Assembly (NCBI GenBank): GCA_964016885.1
Contig: OZ024741.1
Location: 264,368,001 to 264,432,000, forward strand
Source of the DNA: Eledone cirrhosa
Lineage: Eukaryota
Direction: 5' to 3'
Length of the DNA stretch: 64,000 nucleotides
Position 1 is the first letter of the stretch. Every line of letters begins with the position of its first letter. Positions 56,197-64,000 of the stretch are shown here, piece by piece. The notes under the pieces are model-generated. The model saw only the letters and a program-made list of their open reading frames with translations, was not told the DNA's origin and did not search any database. Both the position numbers and the translations under genes were made by a program.

Positions 56197-58293
56197 ATGG
56201 CTACGAAAAAAAAATTTCATACGTCACTCCCACTCATTCCGTCTTCTTCTTCCTCAATAATCACTACAGCAGAGAGAAGATTGTCTCTCTCCCTCCCTTC
56301 TTTAAATGTGTCTCTCTCCCTCCCTTCTCTTTCGCAAGTGACGAAAGAAAAGAAAAGTCTCGTGCAAAGCGTGCAAGCTTTCTCCACGACGACGACGACA
56401 GCGACGAAACAGGTGTGCGGGAAATACGAAAACCCAGTTCATTCGTCTGACGTCAGGAATAATAGCAGTAGCAGCCGTAATAACAAGAGCAACAGTGACA
56501 ATGAAAACAACAGTAGCAGCCGCAACAGCATCACCAGCAGCATAAACAACAACAGCATTAGCAGCAGCAACACCAACAACAACCACAGCAACAGCGGCGG
56601 AGGCAGTAGTCGTAGTACCTGCAGCAACAACAAAAGTACCAGCAGCTCTGACGACAACAACAACAGCAGAGAAAAACCAATCTCATTTGCAGGTATTGCG
56701 AAAAACTTGGAAACAATCCTCATAACAAATGAGGAATTAGAGGAAGCGAAGAAGATGGTGACAAAGAACGGACACCGAGCAATCTGCAAGGCAGCGGAAA
56801 AATTTTTCAAAACCCAAGAGCACTGTACGGTCACGTACCGTACAGTAAGTACAAAATCCCGTAGGGTGGAAAGAGCCACAGAGGCCCAAATACAAAAAGC
56901 CTTGGGGTCTGTGTGGCAGCGGAAAACGCACATCACCCGAGGCAAAAAATATGCCACCGTAGACGTACTTTTTGCCACACCCCAGGAGGCAAAGGCCCAA
57001 TCAGTAGTGACCCTAAGGAGCGAGGAAATGGTGTTGGTGCCCTCCTACTGCGGGCAAAAAATTGTGAGGGTCAAACTGACCCACGTCCCCCCCGGAATGA
57101 CCCCTTCTTGGCTGGCCGCGTCTGTCCTAATCGGAATCGAGGACAAAACAACTGTACTGCAAGTACAGAAAAAAGTAAGAGAAGATTGGGTCGGCTCCTC
57201 CATTGAGATGCTAATCCAAACCAACCAGGAGTGCATCGAAGCTATCCCGGATGTGATAGACGTCGATAACGGCACTCAACTGCCCATAAGTGTTGAGGGC
57301 AAACGCCCGAAATGCTTTCGCTGTGGATCGAAGACTCACCTCAGGGCCTTCTGCAACGAGAAGACCCTGAGAAAGGAGAAAACCCCCCTCCTTCCGAATC
57401 CGGCTCCACGGCTACCAGCAACAGGACAAGCGGCAACCAGGAACGATAGGTCCGTGGCACCCATACCCACGCCACGGAAATCAAAAACAGCAGCAGCAGT
57501 GGAAATATTAACAACAACAACAGCAATACCAAATGCAGCTGCAACAGAGACTCCAGTGCAAACATCACCAACAACAACAAGTGAAAGAGTGGAGCTGGTA
57601 CCCCTCCCCGACCTCACAGAATCAGACATGGAGTGTGAGGTGGGAGAGGGATGGCAAAAGGTCGCAAGAAGGCACAAACGCAGAAGCAGCGCCTCGTCGC
57701 CTTTGAAAAGGGAGGAAAGAAATGAGAAAAGGGTAAAGTCTACTGCAAAGAGACCCACAGCAGCAACAACACCAACACCATCACCACCCACACTAGCACC
57801 ACCATCACCACCGGCGACAACCCCACCGCCAACAACACCTTCAACACCACCACCACAAGCACCAACATCGCAAACACAACAACAAAACACACACACCCAG
57901 CAACAACGACAAGAAAATAGCAGAACCACACCCCACCCCCAGAAAAACAAATGCACGGCAATAAATACACACAACAAGAAACTAATGACTTACATAATTG
58001 AACACACAGACATTTCACAACAGGACTACATAATACCAGCACCAATCAAAACGCCAACTAACATAAGACTGCTAAAAATAGCACAGAAACAATACACAAA
58101 CATTAAAACGAAATTCCCCAACGCAGTTGGTGATTTCAGGGACCTAGGAGGAACCATCAATCGAAGAGTATACTCAGACATTCTCTTAGAAGAGCCGACG
58201 ACCAGCCGAAGGGACGATTCAACGGTCCCTTCACCAGACGATCAAGTGAAAAGGGATGTAAAAACCATCCCTCCTCTACCAAAAGTACGGTAA
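56197..58293 (+). CDS. LINE ORF1 protein (698 aa; Ser/Asn-rich N-terminus, RRM-like region, CCHC knuckle, Pro/Thr-rich linker)
   Basis: Uninterrupted ORF; CFRCGSKTHLRAFC; homologous core in type A ORF1. Confidence 0.9.
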   Translation: MATKKKFHTSLPLIPSSSSSIITTAERRLSLSLPSLNVSLSLPSLSQVTKEKKSLVQSVQAFSTTTTTATKQVCGKYENPVHSSDVRNNSSSSRNNKSNSDNENNSSSRNSITSSINNNSISSSNTNNNHSNSGGGSSRSTCSNNKSTSSSDDNNNSREKPISFAGIAKNLETILITNEELEEAKKMVTKNGHRAICKAAEKFFKTQEHCTVTYRTVSTKSRRVERATEAQIQKALGSVWQRKTHITRGKKYATVDVLFATPQEAKAQSVVTLRSEEMVLVPSYCGQKIVRVKLTHVPPGMTPSWLAASVLIGIEDKTTVLQVQKKVREDWVGSSIEMLIQTNQECIEAIPDVIDVDNGTQLPISVEGKRPKCFRCGSKTHLRAFCNEKTLRKEKTPLLPNPAPRLPATGQAATRNDRSVAPIPTPRKSKTAAAVEILTTTTAIPNAAATETPVQTSPTTTSERVELVPLPDLTESDMECEVGEGWQKVARRHKRRSSASSPLKREERNEKRVKSTAKRPTAATTPTPSPPTLAPPSPPATTPPPTTPSTPPPQAPTSQTQQQNTHTQQQRQENSRTTPHPQKNKCTAINTHNKKLMTYIIEHTDISQQDYIIPAPIKTPTNIRLLKIAQKQYTNIKTKFPNAVGDFRDLGGTINRRVYSDILLEEPTTSRRDDSTVPSPDDQVKRDVKTIPPLPKVR

Positions 58294-58328
58294 GTGGTCT
58301 TTCCCATCTTTTCCACTCTATTTTAAAC

Positions 58329-61300
58329 ATGACCTCACTCAGAATAGGCAGCATAAATGCGCGTGGCTTGGGGTCGTCATGGAAGCAGGGTCACCTGCTC
58401 AACGACTTCAGGTCACTAAACATAGATGTAGTGGCCATCAGCGAGACCAGAATCTCCGAAGCACGGGCCTTCGTACCGATCTTCGGCGGCTACGATGTGT
58501 ACGCATCTCCCAGCCGTCCTGGATCGGGTGGAGGACTTGCTGTGCTTTTTCGGAGAGGTTTGGATCTCGCCATACGGGCCATCTTCCTGGACCCAGAGGG
58601 TAAGCTGGTGGTGCTGGACGTGACCAGCGGAGACGGGCAAGCTTTCAGGCTAGTGGCCGTCTATGCCCCGACAGGAGCAGGGCGGCCTGATTTCTTCCGG
58701 CGTCTGGAGACCTTTCTTGGAACGTCCCGCTCTTTAGTGTTAGTGGGCGACTGGAACGGGATCTTAGATGCACGCTGGGACTGTGTGGGATTAGCGGATA
58801 GAGGTGGAGGGTGCAAGAGCCTCACCAACCTGCTCAGGCGTTTTGAACTGTCTGACAGGTACCGATTGGATTTCCCGAATGTGCCAATGTGGACTTGGAC
58901 AAACCGCATAGGGTCATCCAGATCATATCTAGATAGAGTATTTTGTAGGGAAATAGATAGGTCTAGCATAGGCTGTCCACAATTCAAGATAGTCAGCTAC
59001 ACGGACCACAAATTCGTGATCTGTGTGCTTGACTTAGATAGGCTTCATAGACGAGGACCCGGCTACTGGAAGCTAAACGCGTCCTTACCAGCGCGCAAGG
59101 CCTACAGAGACCGGATTAGCGAACTAGTTAAGCGGGCGTTGACGGGGGCCATCGTCAACAACAAGTGGTGGTTTGCTCTGAAAAGAGCGATTAGAATAGA
59201 ATCGATTAGGTTTAGTAAGGCTTTAGCAATAGAGAAAAATAGAGCAGAGGGAGAACTAGTTAGAAAATTAGACGAGGCGCTTAGCAAAGGCATTGCGACC
59301 GACGTGCTTGCGGCGAAATTGGCCCTTGACCAATTCTTCAATGCAAAGCACGAAGGCTGCGTTGTCAGAGCTAGGGTGCGTGCTCTCAGACACGAGGGGA
59401 CGAAAGCCGTTTAATGGGCCCGAGTGGCGGAGGCGCGTCGTGGCAACAAAGCCACGATCCGGTCTTTGGTGGACCACGACGGGCGCATGCTACTCGATCC
59501 CGGGCAAATGTGTGAAGCTTTTCAGCGACACTTCGCTCAGCTGTTCGGGGGCAGCGGGGGGCCGGGTGGAGGGATGGACTTTAGTGTCTACCTCGACGGA
59601 CTGCCGCGGCTCTCGGCCACTGAGGCGAAGTGTTGCGAAAAGCCGATAACAGCCGCTGAAGTAAGGGAGGCAATGACTGGCTGCACAAGGGGTAAATCGC
59701 CTGGTTTGGATGGTCTGCCCTATGAACTTTACGTACAGATGCCAGACTTGTTCGGAGGCCTCTTGGCGGACGTCTACTGCAACTGGCAACAGAACGGGAG
59801 AATTCCCAGTTCCGTGAGCCGAGGAGCGGTGGCACTGCTGAGAAAGGATCCGAACAAGGGGGATAACATAGACAATTTCCGGCCCATAACTCTGCTAAAC
59901 ACAGAGTTTAAGATTTTGGCCAAGGTGCTAGCAAAGAGGTTGGCGCTTGTCGTTGGTGGTCTGGTGGGAGAGGCGCAGACATGCGCCATTCCCGACAGAT
60001 CCATCCACGACAACCTCCACCTCATGCGATACATCGTAGAGAGGGTAGCTAGGGAACCTGGCACGGGTGGGTCCTTGATCAATTTAGATCAGTCGAAAGC
60101 TTTCGATAGGGTCGACCATCGTTACCTAGCGGCAGTCCTGAGGGCGGCTGGCTTTGGGCCCGTCTTCAGAGGCTGGATCGCTGCTATGCACAGCGACATC
60201 TGCTCTGTGGTGAGAGTGAACGGTCACCTGTCGGAACCGTTCAACATCATGCGCTCGGTCCGCCAAGGATGTCCCCTCTCGTCCCTCTTGTACGTATTGA
60301 CTCTCGAGCCATTACTGCACAAACTGGAGACGTTGAGGGGGGTCCCGCGCGAACTAGGATGCAGAAGATCCGTATCAGCATATGCGGACGATGTCACCGT
60401 AGTGGTGTCGAACGCCAAACACATCGAGGCGATCGGCACTACACTAAGAGAATACGAAGCGGTGACAGGAGCAATGATCAACCAGGAAAAGTCAGTGGGC
60501 CTGCAGCTCGGCACCTGGAGAGGCAGGTCCATGCCGTCCAATAGCGTCGTCGGACGCTGGACGGACGGACCGGTTAAATTGCTAGGGGTCTGGTTCGGTC
60601 CGGACCTCCAGACGGACAAAAACTGGGACGAGGTGACGAGCAGGGTGGCTTCTCTCACCCAGAAATGGGCCGAGAGGAAGCTATCCCTGAAAGGTCGAGC
60701 GGAGGTGGCTAACGCGTACATCGCGTCCGTCATCTGCTACCGCCTGACCGTCGTACCTTGTCCTAAGCCTCGCCTGACTGTGCTGGAGCGTTTGCTCTTT
60801 CGCTTTTTGTGGAAGGGACGCGCTCCGATGGTCAGGCGGTCCATCTGTTGTCAACACCCGCTACGTGGAGGGCTGGGCATGCCGTGGCTGATGATGCGCA
60901 GGCACGCGCTCAGGCTACGACATCTCCACCTCTTCCTCGACGGTGATCAGGTGTGGTCGCCGTTTGCTAGACGCGTGTTTCCCCAGCTCGTTTCCTTGAC
61001 GGAGCTGCAGTCCTGGGTCAAGCGAAGACCGAGAGGGAGCGCCTGGAGACTGGAATGTCTTCAGGCGCTCACAGCCCTCGACCAATCGGGCAATGTGATC
61101 GGTGGAAACTCCACCTCGGCGTTCTATAGAGGATTAGTGGAGGGGAAGAGCGACGACGTACTTGGGGAAACTCTAGGCGTCGACGAAAATCAACTAGCCA
61201 ATCTCTTCGGAAGAACTTTCGGGCCAGGGCCTATGGACAACTTCCAGAAATCTCTGGCCTGGCAGTGCTACCGAGGAGCCTTGCCAGTTCGGGATAAACT

Positions 61301-61748
61301 CTACAGGCATGGAGGTGCCGTCAGCCGGGCATGTCCGAGATGCGCGCAGGGCGACGAAACCGTCCTGCACGCACTCGTCCAGTGTCCGAAAATTGCTGAC
61401 TTGTGGGTTTATGTCGAACACCTGCTGTCGCGTTTAGGACGGATCCAGCTATCATCTGAGTCTATCGTGAGGATTGCCCCGCCCTCCTCCTTTAGCCGGG
61501 AAGGGCAGGCAGTTTTTATCTGTCTGGTGGCCATGGCGAAAGAGATAGTATGGTGGACACGTTTGAAAGGGCTGAAGACGAGCACTTACCTCTTCGGTGA
61601 TGCTCTGATTGACTTTTTCAAATTTCATTTGAAAAGGAAAATCAGAGTAGAGAAGGAAGTGCTCTCTTCCCAGCATTTTGTTGAAAGATGGGTGAGAGAA
61701 GCAAGAATGGCCCGAGTGAATGGGCCGACTCTGAGTATATATCTGTAA
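58329..61748 (+). pseudogene. LINE ORF2 (APE endonuclease, RT, CCHC) with a single in-frame stop
   Basis: One continuous frame except TAA at 59412-59414 (CAA in sister copies); motifs N.RGL, GDWN, TDH, QGCPLS, YADD, CPRC..H...C. Confidence 0.93.
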
Positions 61749-62009
61749 ACTAAAGGTGGAAAACTGGGAGAGGGCACTTGCCTTGGTGGTCAGGGTCATT
61801 GTGGCTTTTTACTGGGCTTTCTCCACAAATGTCCCTCCGAAGTCTCCCCCCTATTGGGGAATTTTTCATTGTTATTTTCATTGTTATTTTTGTTACATCC
61901 TCTGTTTTTGTTTTTTTTACACGCAGAAATGCCCATTTGTACCGTCCTGCATTGTCCTGCACTGTCCTTAATGTCTACTTTATGTAAACCCTTGTGGTTA
62001 ATAAAGAAA

Positions 62010-62047
<38 letters not shown>

Positions 62048-64000
62048 GAATGCCATGGTTGACGGAGGCTCGGCTCTGTAAGGTATAGTAGTTTTAAACG
62101 TTAAAACAATTGTAAATTGTTTAAAACTTGAACCAAATTGTTGATAAAGACACCCTCCTCCTCGTGAGAGGGGTCTTTCTGTCCGTTATTTGGCCCTTCG
62201 GGGTTAAATAACCAGTTATTGGGGTTTTGTACCCAATATTCATTTTAAACAAAAAAACAACATGGCTACGAAAAAAAAATTTCATACGTCACTCCCACTC
62301 ATTCCGTCTTCTTCTTCCTCAATAATCACTACAGCAGAGAGAAGATTGTCTCTCTCCCTCCCTTCTTTAAATGTGTCTCTCTCCCTCCCTTCTCTTTCGC
62401 AAGTGACGAAAGAAAAGAAAAGTCTCGTGCAAAGCGTGCAAGCTTTCTCCACGACGACGACGACAGCGACGAAACAGGTGTGCGGGAAATACGAAAACCC
62501 GGTTCATTCGTCTGACGTCAGGAATAATAGCAGTAGCAGCCGTAATAACAACAGCAACAGTGACAATGAAAACAACAGTAGCAGCCGCAACAGCATCACC
62601 AGCAGCATAAATAACAACAGCATTAGCAGCAGCAACACCAACAACAACCACAGCAACAGCGGCGGAGGCAGTAGTCGTAGTACCTGCAGCAACAACAAAA
62701 GTACCAGCAGCTCTGACGACAACAACAACAGCAGAGAAAAACCAATCTCATTTGCAGGTATTGCGAAAAACTTGGAAACAATCCTCATAACAAATGAGGA
62801 ATTAGAGGAAGCGAAGAAGATGGTGACAAAGAACGGACACCGAGCAATCTGCAAGGCAGCGAAAAATTTTTTCGAAACCCAAGAGCACTGTACGGTCACG
62901 TACCGTACAGTAAGTACAAAATCCCGTAGGGTGGAAAGAGCCACAGAGGCCCAAATACAAAAAGCCTTGGGGTCTGTGTGGCAGAGGAAAACGCACATCA
63001 CCCGAGGCAAAAAATATGCCACCGTAGACGTACTTTTTGCCACACCCCAGGAGGCAAAGGCCCAATCAGTAGTGACCCTAAGGAGCGAGGAAATGGTGTT
63101 GGTGCCCTCCTACTGTGGGCAAAAAATTGTGAGGGTCAAACTGACCCACGTCCCCCCCCGGAATGACCCCTTCTTGGCTGGCCGCGTCTGTCCTCGTCGG
63201 AATCGAGGACAAAACAACTGTACTGCAAGTACAGAAAAAAGTAAGAGAAGATTGGGTCGGCTCCTCCATTGAGATGCTAATCCAAACTAACCAGGAGTGC
63301 ATCGAAGCTATCCCGGATGTGATAGACTTCGATAACGGCACTCAACTGCCCATAAGTGTTGAGGGCAAACGCCCGAAATGCTTTCGCTGTGGATCGAAGA
63401 CCCACCTCAGGGGCTTCTGCAACGAGAAGACCCTGAGAAAGGAGAAAACCCCCTTCCTTCCGAATCCGGCTCCACGGCTACCAGCAACAGGACAAGCGGC
63501 AACCAGGAACGATAGGCCCGTGGCACCCATACCCACTCCACGGAAATCAAAAACAGCAGCAGCAGTGGAAATACTAACAACAACAACAGCAATACCAAAT
63601 GCAGCTGCAACAGAGACTCCAGTGCAAACATCACCAACAACAACAAGTGAAAGAGTGGAGTTGGTACCCCTCCCCGACCTCACAGAATCAGACATGGAGT
63701 GTGAGGTGGGAGAGAGATGGCAAAAGGTCGTAAGAAGACACAAACGCAGAAGCAGCGCATCGTCGCCTTTGAAAAGGGAGGAAAGAAATGAGAAAAGGGT
63801 AAAGTCTACTGCAAAGAGACCCACAGCAGCAACAACACCAACACCATCACCACCCACACTAGCGCCACCATCACCACCGGCGACAACCCCACCGCCAACA
63901 ACACCTTCAACACCACCACCACAAGCACCAACATCGCAAACACAACAACAAAACACACACACCCAGCAACAACGACAAGAAAATAGCAGAACCACACCCC
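62048..64000 (+). mobile_element. Second type B Tx1 copy, running off the window
   Basis: Near-identical to 55983-57940; ORF1 from 62262 is frameshifted near 63155. Confidence 0.95.

Larger units (their letters stand above)
55983..62011 (+). mobile_element. Near-intact Tx1-clade element, ORF1 type B
   Basis: 5' UTR, ORF1, ORF2, 3' UTR with AATAAA, (TTA)n flanks. Confidence 0.96.

Noticed and set aside
59490-60733. Antisense ORFs recurring across Tx1 copies
   Set aside because: Explained by the near identity of the copies and GC-rich codon usage; no independent motifs.

Overview
Eukaryotic (animal) repeat-dense DNA with no recognisable host protein-coding gene. The SINE families and the extreme (TA)n/(CA)n/(TAA)n load resemble cephalopod (Octopus-like) DNA; this is an inference. 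Contents: (1) five Tx1/L1-clade non-LTR retrotransposons, three of them a head-to-tail array at 50252-64000, with (TTA)n at every intact terminus and three ORF1 types on a shared ORF2; (2) three R4/Dong-like RLE elements using the same microsatellite in the opposite orientation; (3) Penelope-like elements (RT + GIY-YIG) and solo pseudo-LTR remnants with inverted/fold-back ends and about a dozen hammerhead ribozyme motifs; (4) two Helitrons, two hAT MITEs with 8-bp TSDs, RTE-like LINE fragments and tRNA-SINEs. Top leads: a hammerhead whose three strands occur in a non-canonical order (24443-24504, minus), and a conserved GT-AG micro-intron candidate over the Tx1 ORF1 stop that would fuse ORF1 to ORF2 in frame in all four copies that include the junction. 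All assignments were made by eye; boundaries of decayed elements are approximate.
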